Positions 48,368 to 60,425 of a stretch of DNA of 64,000 bases are shown here, piece after piece. A model generated the notes under the pieces. The model had not been told where the DNA came from and did not search any database. It worked only from the letters and a program-made list of their open reading frames with translations. The DNA comes from Phyllosticta citribraziliensis (taxonomy: Eukaryota). Numbering within the stretch: the first letter of the stretch is position 1; every line of letters begins with the position of its first letter. The stretch is from contig NW_027117343.1 of the NCBI RefSeq assembly GCF_038025025.1, positions 1,364,001 to 1,428,000 of the forward strand, given 5' to 3'. A program made the translations under genes and the position numbers.

Positions 48368-50176
48368 ATGACCGAGCCACCGTCCAAGAAATCTCGAGCC
48401 ACTCCTCGCAACTCGGAAGCGCACCAGGCTACTGCCGGCGAACAAGACGCGACTCCGTATTCCAACGTATGCCCATGGTCCGACTGCCCTCGGTCAAACC
48501 ACTGACGTAACTGCAGCTCCGTCAGTTGTCACAGAGTCTCCGGCAACCCTCAACTGCAACGCCCCGCCGCCGCGCCACGAGCGCGGACCCCACACCTGGT
48601 CGAACACCTCGAACCCAGCAACGCACTCCGCGGGCCCGTCAGTTTCCGGTCCCTCGGCGCGTGGGACCGCCTACGACACCACATGCCATACGTGCTCTCC
48701 GGGCCCGCCGCGATGCCGCTCTAGCAGCTTCGGGTGGGAGGAATAGGCGACGGAGCGGCGTCCAGCAACGTGAAACCCCGCGCGACTTTTTGAGGGCTCT
48801 TAGCCGGCGTAAGTCTAATCATGAGGCATTGTGCGGATGGAATGCTGAAAAATGAATTCGCAAAGGCCTTGCGGGGACTTCTGAGCCTGTCCAGCCGTCA
48901 CCATCCGTCGACACCCGGGGTACCAGACCGAGAGATCATGATTTGGAGGATGAGCCCGACCTCCCCCGGCCGAGGTTGTCCATGCCATTGCACGAAGATG
49001 AGGACGACTCTTTTCACGAAGCGCCCCCGAGGCTATCTTTGGCACTGGATGAGGCAGACATAGATGCGACGCAAATATCTGTCGAGGGTGGTCGTCGCGC
49101 CTATAGTGAGGATCCAATCAGACCGCGCCTGTCACGAACCAGCTTTGGTCGGTTGAGACTAAGCGAGCGTTTCGGCGACTTGGATGCGCTGGGAGAAGAA
49201 GAGTTGGCCGAGGACGATGCCACCTTTGCATTCGGCGACGCGGGACAGGATGTTTTGGACGAGGAAACCCGTCGGTTTGACGAGTACGTCATTTTAATCA
49301 ACCATTCGTTGGAGTGGTGCTAACGCCTTCCAGTGAGAATACGACGCAGGAACTGCGCAACCTGCTTGCGTCTCGACGGCGTTCTCGAGCCAGCGACATT
49401 AACATCCCCGAGGGCGAGGAATCGGATGAAGAGCCGACCTTTAGATTTGCAATCCCTCCTGCCCGCAGGTCTCTCCTGGCGAATCTAAACCGCGATGCTG
49501 CTGGCCGCGAAGACGACATTCAAGAGCAAGACGAAGCCACCACCGCGGGAGCAAATCTCTTGGACGACGAGCCAGAACCAGCACTAGAACTCGACGACGA
49601 CCAAGAGGAAGCACTCGACAGCGACGCAGCTGAGACCAGCCCCTCGCGGCTGCGGCAAGCGTCCCCTCCTGTCGGCGAACAGACGAAGAAGCGCGGCCGG
49701 ACCAAGACGCTCCCAGTGTCGCGGTTCGGACACGAATACCCGTCACTCCCCAGCAGCGTCGTCAAGCGCCTCGCGACGAGCTTCGCGCGCGTGCACGGCG
49801 GGCCCTCGGCCAAGCTGTCCCAGGACACGCTCAACGCCATTGCCACGGCGTCGGACTGGTACTTTGAGCAGGCGGGCGAGGACCTGGCGAGCTATGCCAG
49901 CCATGCGGGGCGCAAGACGATTGACGAGGCCGACGTCGTCATGCTCATGAAGAGGTACGCAGTGGTGCACATGCCATTCTGAGAGTATGAAGCTAACGAC
50001 GCAGCAGACAGCGCAAGCTCGGTCCGTCGACGACGCCCTTTTCGCTGGCGCAGAAATACCTCCCGCGCGAGTTGCTGCAAAACGTACGCATGCCCGCTCG
50101 TGCGGCGCCCAAGCGCAAGCCGCGCAAACGCAAGCTGGACACGATTGACGAGGGCGACGAGGCGACGGAGCTGTGA
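48368..50176 (+). CDS. cnp20: Kinetochore protein CENP-T (Cnp20) with C-terminal histone fold, about 5 exons
   Basis: PTTPHAIRA and RETPRDFLRALSR N-terminal motifs; histone fold YPSLPSSVVKRLA..YFEQAGEDLASYASHAGRKTIDEADV..LMKR|Q..FSLAQKYLPRELL; TGA at 50174-50176. Confidence 0.88.
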
Positions 50177-50242
50177 ATGTGCCCCTTTTCTGCATCATTT
50201 CCTCGTTCGTTTTGTACATTGCTTGTGATACCACTCTGTTCG

Positions 50243-50274
50243 CTTCTTCTTCTTCTTCTTCTTCTTCTTCTTCT
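50243..50274 (+). repeat. (CTT)10 microsatellite in the 113-bp gap between convergent CENP-T and SHY1 stop codons
   Basis: Direct reading. Confidence 0.9.
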
Positions 50275-50289
50275 ACCTATACAGTACGT

Positions 50290-51561
50290 CTACCATTCCC
50301 TGCTCTGTCTTACGCGCCTGCCGATGCGCGATACGGGCTTCTTGATGACCATCCACAGCATGATGGATGTTGCTAGGGAGAGCGAGTACCTGGCGACGCA
50401 GGATTAGCGGGCGTTGTAATGGATGTTCTTGGGAATCGCTCACCATGTGAAGATGTACTGCAAGTGGTTGTTGCGCACATTGACCTCTGCCGGCCGCCCG
50501 ATGGGCACGCCTTTTTCGGCGCGGTCCATGGCGACGAGATAATCGGGCCCTGCTTACAATTAGTCTCTCGCCTTCCACCCTTGATAGTCGACGAAAAGAG
50601 GGAAACCATACTTAGCGTCTCCTCAATCCACACGGGCTGCGTCCCCGCCGCGCGCGCCATCTGCTCCACATCAGCAAAATACCACTCGCCCCTGTCTGGA
50701 TGGTTGTCGGGCGTGAAATAGTTCTTCTTCCACGGCTCGCGCAGCAGGCCCTCGACCAGCACCTCACCCTCAGGCAGCGCGTCGCCCTTGCGGCTCTTCT
50801 GCTCGCGACGATCGCGCCTGATCCAGCCGCGGCACACGAGGACGCTGGTCGAGCGGCCGGCCGCGTCGACGCCGCCCGGGTCGCGCTCCAGCGGCGTGAA
50901 GACGAGGAAGCCGTCGTCGCCGTCGCGCAGGCGCGGGCCGACCAGCATCTCCTTGTCGTGGCGCAGCACGCCGCGGGCCGTGACGCGGCGGTAGTCGAAC
51001 GACTTGATGGCGTCGGGGTCGACGCGCGGGGGCAGCGGCAGCGGCGGCTGGATCAGGCGGTCTTCGAGCGTCGCGACGAGGTCGGTCTTCCAGGTCAGCC
51101 GGCGCACCTGCCATGTGCCGAGGAAGAAGGCCGTGATGGGGATGAGCGCTGCGAGCGACGGTTAGCCGGTGGTTGGCTCCACGCGAGCTGCGGTGCGGTG
51201 CGGTGGAGAGGAGAGGAGAAAGCGTACCCAGAATGATGAGCCCCGGCCCATGGCGCCGCCCCGTCTTGACCAGCGTGGCCGGCTGGTCGACGATGGACGT
51301 GAAGGACGGGTCGTCGGCGGGCTGCGGGCTCCCCGAGGCATTGGCGTCATTCGGCTTGTCGGAGCTCCTGTAGCGGCGCTGCTGGGCCCGCGGGAATCTC
51401 GCGCGCTGCGTGCATTGCGGGCAGCGCCATGTGGTGGTTGCGATTGTGGGGTGTCTTGCGGATGGCGGTGCTGTGTGGAAGAATGCAATGCTGCTGCGCG
51501 GCGTTGCTGCGCTGGCGCCGGTGCGCAGGAGATGCCGGAGCAGCGAGGGCGGTTTGTTCAT
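50290..51561 (-). CDS. SHY1: Cytochrome c oxidase assembly factor Shy1/SURF1, 4 exons
   Basis: Presequence-like N-terminus, PITAFFLGTWQVRRLTWK, VLVCRGWI, NYFTPDN, NNHLQYIFTW|YSLS. Confidence 0.93.
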
Positions 51562-51772
51562 TGGGTGGAGCGGTGGTGCCGTTGCGGCGATGTTGGTGGA
51601 TAGGTGGGTAGAGCAGAAGTCGTCCGACGGTGAGGTAAACGAACGCAAGCAAGCTCAGGGATCTTCGCCGTAGGGCTGAGGACAGGGACCTGCGTCATGT
51701 CGTGTCCGTCCCGCTCCCCTCCACCGCACGCAGTCTCAAGCGTCAATTCCCACCACCTCACCCGCAGCGACA

Positions 51773-52655
51773 ATGGCCGAATCCACGCACGCAATGCCGC
51801 CCGAGCGCATCCAGCCCAAGCCCTCGGGCGCCGCCGCGACGACGGAGCTGGTCGAGCGCCTCGACGACCTGCTGAAGCGCTACCTCGAGCTGCTGGACCA
51901 GTACACGCAGGCGAGAGAACAGCTGTCCACGGAGCTGTCGGCGGTGCGTCCTGCTGTCCCTCTACACTGCCATTGATTGATTGGAATACTGAACGGTCTC
52001 AAGGGATACATCGCGCTGGCAAAGGCCAACTTCAACGCGCCGAACCGCGTGCGCTACGGCCGCGATTTCTACGACGAGCGCATGCAGGCGCTGCGGACCG
52101 TGTGCGTTTTCTCCATTCGGTTGCCAATGGCGATCTAGCGTCTTCGACGGCACATTGGCTCATGCATGTGGTATCAGGACAATTGAAGAAAGAGACGACG
52201 CCAAATTCCGCGCTTCCATCGCCCTGGCCGCCGATTCCGAACCCACGGAGAAAGCAAAGGCGGATGGGAAACCCGCCTCGACGCCACCCCGGCCCTCTTC
52301 TCCTCCCACCGACCCCGAAGTTTCCAAGTACCCCACGCCACCGCCCGACTCGCCGTCCGATCCTGCGCAGCCGTCCGGCGTCGACTCCGGCGCCAGTCAG
52401 GAGGAAAAGGAACAGGAGGGACAGAAAGAGACGGACGAAGAGGAGCAACAACGCAAACAGCAGCAACAGCGCCAACGCGATCCCATCCGCTGGTTCGGCA
52501 TCCTGGTGCCCCAGGCGCTGCGTAGCGCGCAGGGCAGCTTCATCGGGGCGGTCGAGACGGCTGTGCCGCGGACGCTGAATCTGGCGGCCGAGATGCGCGA
52601 GCTGGAGATTGAGATTGGGCGCGCGAGGAAAGCTATACGCAAGAGCGGGGCATAG
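51773..52655 (+). CDS. VMA22: V-ATPase assembly factor Vma22/CCDC115, 3 exons
   Basis: LDDLLKRYLELLDQY, GYIALAKANF..RYGRDFYDERMQA, DPIRWFGILVPQALRSAQ..F. Confidence 0.88.
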
Positions 52656-55407
52656 GGGGGATGTCAGGGAGACGGACGTGTGAGTGCCGTGTTGAAAAGA
52701 AGCTGAGATATATATATTCTAGACAGGTGCTGGATGTGTGTGTGTATACGACTACGCTCTTCAGGACGCTTTCCGTACCCATCAGTCGACCGCTGCTCTT
52801 GTGCACTTCAGGCATCCTCGACCACAGCACACATTCTGATCAGTGGCACGCAGCAACAAAAGCGATGACGAAAAACTGCAAACTGCAAAAACGCTGGCCA
52901 CCATCATTTCAGGCTCCTACACAACACCCAAGAGCCTGTAATCCAAGCCAACCACCGAGGTCCCAGCACGACAAGTACCTTGAAGCGGTAGTCGATTCTC
53001 CCCAAGCGCACACAGTACTGACTTTCTGGAAGGCCTTCAGAGCCTGTCGTCAAGCACTGCCGCCCTGTGTCCGCTCTCTAGACGCGGCGCGAGGCAGTGT
53101 TATATACCCCTACATCCCCCTTCCACATGGCAGCGGCGGCGGCAGCGGAGTCACAGAAGCACATGTCTCCCGTTTGCACGTGTGCGCGCACAGGGAGCGG
53201 TCGCGTGATAGGCGCCTCATGACGGCGCACCTGTGCCAATGCACGCGCCGATTCTGGCCTCTGCCTCCTGCTCCACAGGCTATATAAGAAGCCTTCGCGC
53301 CGCTTTCTGCTGACTGAGATGACAGGTCGACGCACCTCTTCTGTGGAGGGCGAGGCGTAGAAGGCTGCAGCGAACACAAACTGGCTTTGGCTTGTTGGGT
53401 GGGGTTGTGCTGGGCGTGGTTGATGCAATGTTGGTTAGAGGAGATGAAGGACGTGAAGAGACGATGGTGGTGAGTTTTATTGGGCTGTGATGGTGGACGC
53501 ACTCGTGAAGGCTTTGAGGTTGCTAATGTCAACACTTACATGTGCTGAATTTTCTAAGAGTTGAGCTTCTAAGAACACTTCCTAGTCGCGTACCAATTTA
53601 CAGGTTGAATGCTTCTTAATCGCTGACGCGTCAAGGTCATGGATGCTCCCAGGTCATAGATCCGTTCTCGCCATGCATACTTCCATCCCACAAACACTTC
53701 AACGTCATGAACGCTCTCAAGCCGCAAACGCTTCCAGCATACCACTACTCCCTAGGAAAACAACCCCGGCCTCTTCTCTTTGCCGGACTCTTCGCCGTGC
53801 TGCCTGCGAGTAAAGTGCAAAATTGAGGATCCCCTCGCATATACGCAGCACACTGCAGGATTCTCTCATTCAACAACGCGGTTCAGCCGCCAATGTCAGA
53901 AGAATTAGAGCACGCGTGGGTCGGTATGGCTGTCTGGCGCGCAGGCATAGCTCGCCTGGAGGACCCATGCCTGCCTCTACTTCGTGTGTGCAGCAATTCC
54001 TCCTCCCTACCGACCACCAGGACCACCAACGCCAAAACCACCGGCAGTCACATCCCCGATCTTCCTGCCAGCCCTACCTGGGGGCCAAGGGGCCAAGACA
54101 CACCCCGAACCAGCACGCCCCAACCCAGACGACTAAGCTCCGCAACAAGCTTCGCGCGGCGCCGTTACGATGTCGGCGGTGTCTTCGTTGTGGGGCCGCT
54201 TTCTGCGCGCTGCGGCGATCCTCAGATGACATTCTCTTTTTCGCGGCCGTGCTGTTTGTTTGCTGTGGTCGTTTCGAGCGCTGTTGTGGGGGCGAAGAGG
54301 GGAAATAGGTTCGCGGGCGGGTGAGGTAAGTGATGCGCTGACCAAGCAGGAAATTCGGTTTTGAGGAAGAGTGTCGGCGCGTTAGCGGTGAGGAGAGCCG
54401 TATGTCATCCTCGTCCTAGTCTCTTCGCGCTGAGTGGAGTTGTCAGACTGACTACGACTTCTGCTGCTGGCGATCGCCTGCCGGATGCGGTAATATAGGC
54501 GGATTTAGCTGGGTTGGGGTCTGTGGAGTGGTGCCTGCACGACCACCTCATCTATCCATTTTCTCAAGTCTTTGTGGTTTCCACTCTGGCGCTGTATTCG
54601 AATCTTATCTCGTGCGAGTGGGCAAAGAAGCAAGCGTTTGGCATCGAGTCGGCGGCCATGCCGACGCGTACAAGCAGACGGACAAACACTTGCACGTTCT
54701 CAGCGCACCACTCGCGGCAGACAATCCAGCCCAGCGGTATCAGCACCGCTGAAGTCGGCAAAACACATCAACGACAACCGTTCGCCCCAAAAATGCCTGC
54801 TTCCCTGACTCGGCACGCAGGCGACGCCAGGCAGACGAAGGAAGCAGAAAGGAGTCTTACGATTCCCATCCCAATCCTGCCAAACCTAAATCCAGAACGG
54901 CTATACAAGGCAACGAAGCCCCACATCATCGTAAAATCGAGCCATGAGACAGGAGATGGAGAGGGATCGCCGACGCTTTTTGCCCTGCTTGATGGGCGTG
55001 GAGGCCGCGGAGCGGTTGGGGGCCGGGGCCAGAGGAGGAACCTGAACCACGTCCGGGCACTGCGAAGAGCAACGATTGACGGCTGGGCCGTGGAGACGTG
55101 GGACGGAGACCGAAGAGCGTTGGTGCTGCGGTTGATGGGGGTGGTGTTGGTGGAGGCTGCGAAGTTGCCTGGAGGTGGAGGGCCGGATGCAGGCGAGGAG
55201 TGGAGAAAGAAGAAGAGGAGAACGAGAGGCGAGAGACGAACGAGAGAAAAAGAGAGAGAGGAGGATGAGAAGCGTATAAGAAGGGCAGCCTTCGTCGCCG
55301 CATAGCACCTCATCACCATCAGCAATCACAACTTCCATCCTCCGCTCCAACCACCACCTCCACCGACGCCTATCACCACCTCAAGCAATCAGACCGCCTC
55401 GCTCAAC

Positions 55408-55670
55408 ATGAAGTTCGCCGCCTTCCTCGCCACCATCTTCGCTGCCTCCATGGCCACCGCCGTCGCCATTCCCGAGCCCGAAGCTGCTCCCGCCGTGCTC
55501 GAGAAGCGCTGCATTGCGCGCGGTGGTACGTCCAATCTCCTCACCTCCTCTGTACGCACACTGACACCATCGCCGCAGTCGAGTGCATCAACGACCTCAA
55601 CAACTGCTGCTCGCCCAACGTCTGCGCCATGAACAAGGGCCTCGGCACGCTGACCTGCGGCGGCGTCTAA
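55408..55670 (+). CDS. Secreted prepro-peptide with inhibitor-cystine-knot (knottin) spacing, 69 aa, 2 exons
   Basis: TATAAG at 55275; signal peptide MKFAAFLATIFAASMATAVA; pro region ending LEKR; intron 55526-55578 (GTACGT..CTGAC..CAG); mature CIARGVECINDLNNCCSPNVCAMNKGLGTLTCGGV*; strong C-ending codon bias. Confidence 0.88.
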
Positions 55671-56020
55671 GCCAGTCATTCAGTCTTCTACCCAAATTGT
55701 TGGAAACGAATGTGACGACATGACGACGACGCTTCGATATTTTCTTTTGCTGTTGGCAGCTGGGCGGCTTTGGGATCTTTTTGGCGGGTTTGTGAAGTGT
55801 ATCTAGAGAAGCGTCAGCGACGAAGATGATGAGAAGAGGCAATTTGATATGGTTATGAATCACTTACTTTTCGAGGCTGCTGTATGTTTGAAGGTGGCTG
55901 GATATGTACCCCTAGCTTTACCCCTTCTTCCAATGTCGCCGCAATCAAATGCTCCTCATCCCCGTCCTCGCCGTCAATAACGAGCGAAGACTCCCATCCC
56001 GACCCCACGCTCACAACCGC

Positions 56021-56247
56021 CACCATCATGAAGCATTCACGCACACCACCATCATTAAGCATTCCTGCACACCACCATCATCACAAGACAACAACGAAGG
56101 AACGCTCCCCAAGCGCCCAACCTCCCCCCAAAGCGCCGCACAAACAAGTGCCACTCCCTCCATCACCGGCGCGAACCACCCAGCCAACCAGTCAGCGTTC
56201 TGGTAAGAACTTTTCCCACCAGCAGTCAGCGTTCTGGTAAGAACTTT
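56021..56247 (+). repeat. Two short tandem duplications: a 26-bp unit x about 2.3 (56021-56082) and a 25-bp direct repeat CAGTCAGCGTTCTGGTAAGAACTTT (56189-56213, 56223-56247)
   Basis: Direct alignment by eye. Confidence 0.85.
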
Positions 56248-57047
56248 ACCCGACCGCCGCTGCTGCCGGCGCTGCTGTGTGCAGAAAAGAGAGTGGAGTT
56301 AGGAAGCGGGGAGGGCGGTATATATACTGCGGCGGGTGATCCGCACAGGCGCACGGGCGGAAGAGCGGGCTGTCACAGGATGGTGGCGCCTGCGCGGCAT
56401 CAGGGCAGGCTGAGCGCATGGGCTTGTGACTGGTTGCTCGTGATGTTGACGCATTGCTTCTGGCTGCTTGTGATGCGCTGTAGCCTAGATTCCTGGTTAT
56501 ATAAGGAGCGCCGCCTCCCTCACGGCGGAGTGAAGACATGGGTGAAGCGGCGCCGTATGTGCGTTGCGTGGCGGCGTGGCTTGCGAGGATGGCTGTCGAC
56601 AAACTGATGACTTATTTGTCTGTGTGCTTGGCTGGAAGGAGTCAGGCGTGTGGCTGTGGAGAGGGGTGACAGGGAGCATTCATTCGGCGACGTGGGTTGG
56701 TGAAGGGGAGCGACAAGGAGCATTCATGCTGCTGGACAGCATCATTAAGGGGTGATGGTGATAGCGACCATGATGGAGCCATGAGGAGAAGGAATGTGGA
56801 GGGAAAAAGAGGGAGAGAAAAGAAAGTGTGCAGTGTCTTTAGAAAGTTTCTTCAGAGAGGCCGGCCCTCCTGCGGTGCGAGACCAAAGAGAGAGTGGGAG
56901 ATCGGCGTAGGAGATTTTATACCTGTAGACACTGCCGTGCCTATGCTCTGACATGAGCCAAACCCGCTCGTGGCCCTCAGGTAGCCACGCTGTCCCCCAA
57001 TAACACCATCCACATGCTGAATGTTGACGACCTCTCGTCACTCACAC

Positions 57048-58317
57048 TTAGTACCCCGAAGCTGCCTGTCCATCAACGCCCTCCCCCCTCGCCTCCCTCA
57101 CAATCTTAACCCCCGAACTGGTACCAATCCTGCCCGCCCCAACCGCAACAACTCTCTTCAACTCCCCCACACTCCTAACCCCTCCACTCGCCTTGACAAA
57201 CATCTTCCCCGCGCCCTCCCATCCCCTGCGCTGCAGCTCCTCCAGCGCGCCCTTCATGAGCCGCACATCCTGCACGCTGGCGCCGCGGCCGCAGAAGCCG
57301 GTGCTCGTCTTGACGCAGTCGAGGCCCGCGGCGGCCGCGAGCGCGGTCGCGGCGACGATTTGCTGTGGCGACAGCTGCGAGGTTTCGAAGATGAGCTTGA
57401 GGACGGCGGGGGAGGGTGCGGCGGCGCGCAGAGCACGGAGCTCGGAGAGGATTGCCGCGTACGAGGGCGGTTGCGTTTGCAGGAGCGGCCAGTTGAGCAC
57501 GATGTCGAGTTCGGTGGCGCCGGCGGCGATGGCGGCTTTGGCTTCGCTGGGGAAAGTGAGTCGAAGGCCAGTGCTGCTTGGAAGGGAGTGTGAAAGGTGG
57601 AGGGCGTGGAGTGAGCTATAGCTGATGCCCGGTTTCGCCTTGACACTGACGCACAGTGATAGTGGAGGGGAGAGGGGCAGGACATCACTCACTTGACCTT
57701 GTCCTCGGTGCTATGCGTGCCCTCGTGGAAACCAACCACACACGCAACGCCCACGTCCGAGCCCTTGAGCAGCTCAACGGCTTGCTCCACAAACCCCAGC
57801 CGGACGCAGACAGTCTGCAGAGACGTCAGCGAAATTCCTAGCTCTTGATCTCCTTCTCATCTCTCTTCTTCCAAGCTCAACGCAAAGCAATGGCAACTGG
57901 AAAGAGAACACAAGAAAATTGGTCACCAGACTCCTGCTCTTCCCCTTGCAATGAAAAGGAGAGACAGATGTAGGAGAGGAGAGAATGGGAAACGTGACCT
58001 ACCGCAAACTTTTCCGTCCGCGCCTCCTCACATAGCGTCTTGACCTGCTCCTCCGTGGCGTCTAATTTGAGCAGCGTGTGGTCAATCAGCTTAGCCATCT
58101 GCGCAGGGGTCAATTGGACGTCCTCGCCCGGCAGTCCATTGGAAATTGTCTTCTTTAGCGAGGCGTCGGCAGGGGAGAGGTAGGCGAGCAAGACACTGTC
58201 GCCCATCGACGCAGGCGCTTTGTCAAGGGCGCCGGCGGCCTCAAGCTGCGAGAGTAGGCTAGTCGCGAGGGCCGTCCAGGCAGGCGTGTCGGCAGGGGAG
58301 GGAATAGGCGTGGTCAT
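57048..58317 (-). CDS. deoC: 2-deoxyribose-5-phosphate aldolase (DERA/DeoC), 3 exons
   Basis: LIDHTLLK, CVVGFHEG, GATELDIV, LKLIFET, VKTSTGF (Schiff-base Lys), VKASGGVR, RIGTSSG; introns at about 58001-57816 and 57692-57547. Confidence 0.93.
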
Positions 58318-59383
58318 GGTGGGCAGTGATTAGTGTAGTCGTGTGGTTGTTGTTTGGTGGGTACTGTGCAGCGAGGGAGTGTAGTTCAGCGATGCTAGGG
58401 CGGGGAAGGCAGTAGAGGCACTGGCAATGCTCTGTGGTTAGCAGGCGTGTGGAGAAGCGTAGGACCCTGGATACAACGAATGCGGGGACGACGGCGGCTC
58501 GAGCAAGATGTAACGACGGGAGACAAGCGCTGCTCTTCTTGTACATAGATGCGGTCAAAATTTTCCCTCTCGCTGGGCTATCTACACGGCTTCCGGCCTG
58601 GGTAACTCGGCTGCGGGTGCGTCCGTCCGGTTTGCTGCATGTGGGATGGGGTGCGGAGCGGAGGGCGCCGCTGGCTGAGCGAGGTCCTGGTCCACGTGCG
58701 TGGGGTCGAAGGGGGGAAAAAATTGGCGAGCCCTTCAGTCGGCGAATAGCATCGAACCAAAGTCTGGAACGCCGCCGGCCGACGACGGGTGGAGCTCGTC
58801 CTATGGAGAGATGATTGGACAGAGGTTCAACATCACGGGCACCTGTTCATTTGACGTGGTCGACATGGGTTGCAGACGCGTTTGTAGTATACCGTCCCAA
58901 GCCTCGATTTCAGTACAGAAAGACTGCGAGCATGTTGCAGGTATCCTCGATGCAACAACAGACGGGTCCTCGCCGCCGGAAACGCGCCCAGGCAGAATCC
59001 GCGCGGCTCATGCGCATGTTTTCATCATCTCCCCTCCAGCATGCGTTTAACACAAGGAAAAACGAACAAAAAGGAAACATGACAGAAGAAGCTTTGCGCT
59101 CTGGCATGCCGGCCGACACCACAGAATGGAAACTTCATGTCGCTAAGATATCCGGAACTCCCGATTTTGTGAAAAATGGCTTTGGGTTTTTGTTGTTGCT
59201 CGCTTGGGCTTGCTTTGCTTTGGCCGATATTTTCGACAACCAGGATGGATTCCCTCTTCTATCCTGCAAGGTGATTCCGTGTCATGTCTCTACCACGCCA
59301 TTTTGGAAAGCCATGATGAAAATTTCGTGTCCCAAGCACCGCTCATTCCGCTTTTAGCCACCCCTCGCTCTCGATCGAGTCGT

Positions 59384-59889
59384 TTACTTCCTCCTGAACG
59401 AGCAGCCCTCGGTGAGACGGGCCTTGCCACCGGTGGGCTGGCAGAGGACTTGCGAGCAGCCCTGGCAAACGACGACGGTCTGGGCGTGCGAGAAGACGGT
59501 GGTGATGGTGAAGCAGCCGGGGCACTTGACGTCCATGAAGAAGGAGCGGGGGCCCGGGACGAGTTGCTTTGGGCTCTGTCAGCGCTGGCTCGTTGACAGA
59601 GAGGGAGAAGAGCGAACCTTGAGCTTGTGCTTCTTGGCCTCGGCGGCGGGAGTGGGGTTGAGAAGGTCAACGGCGAGAACCTGCACGGCAACAATCGTCA
59701 GCGTCTTGTTGCCCGTGATCCAAATCGGCCAGCAATTTTCCACGGATTGTCGCGAGGCGAGATTCGTCCCGGTGTGAAGCAGGCGCGTCGTTTGTGTCGG
59801 TCGCGGTCGTGTCCATGTCGTGTGCTTCATCGGGTCGTGTCGCCACCTCGTGCAGTTGTCGGTCGGGCAGCAGCGGGTAGGCTCACCAT
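59384..59889 (-). CDS. RPS27: 40S ribosomal protein eS27, 3 exons (first coding exon is ATG only)
   Basis: [55 protein letters not shown]; introns 59886-59681 and 59617-59567. Confidence 0.97.
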
Positions 59890-60425
59890 CTTGACGGCTT
59901 GTCAGAGTATCACTGGATAGCTGTTTCCTTGATTGTCGGATGGATGGCGTGCGGGAAATGGAAACAGCGGGTGCTGGTGATTGTCGATGGGGTTCCGGAG
60001 GAGAGAAAGGTTGAAATCGCGGCGGCCGGCGGCAAAACCAGACAGTGCGAGCCTCGCCAACGTTTCCCGTTTGGGACGCGCTAGCGCCATTTGGCGACGA
60101 CTTCAAGGTGCATCATCAATGCTTGCCGCTGTCTACTTCATGTTGGTTCTGCTATTATTGTTGGTCCAGTGATTGGTTTCATCCGTCGCCTTTCAACTCG
60201 ACTGACAATGCTGTCGATTCACATTCGACTCTCGACCATCATGTACATGGTCATGCTACTCCCAGGAAATACGTTGAGACTCGCTACCACTCTTGAAAGC
60301 TCCTCTTCATGTATATAAAGGCACGCCAAATCCCCTGCCCTTCTGGACAGTCTTCATCTCTGGACACCACTTCTTGAACAGCTCAAAAGTCACCAACTAC
60401 AAACACATCTTCCAAAGAATCGGCC

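Noticed and set aside
53600..55350. ORFs 53823-54324, 54514-55305 and 54768-55325
   Set aside because: Low-complexity, no codon bias or homology cues, and no coherent splice model.
56189..56247. CRISPR-like direct repeats
   Set aside because: Only two copies with a 9-bp spacer, eukaryotic context and no cas genes.
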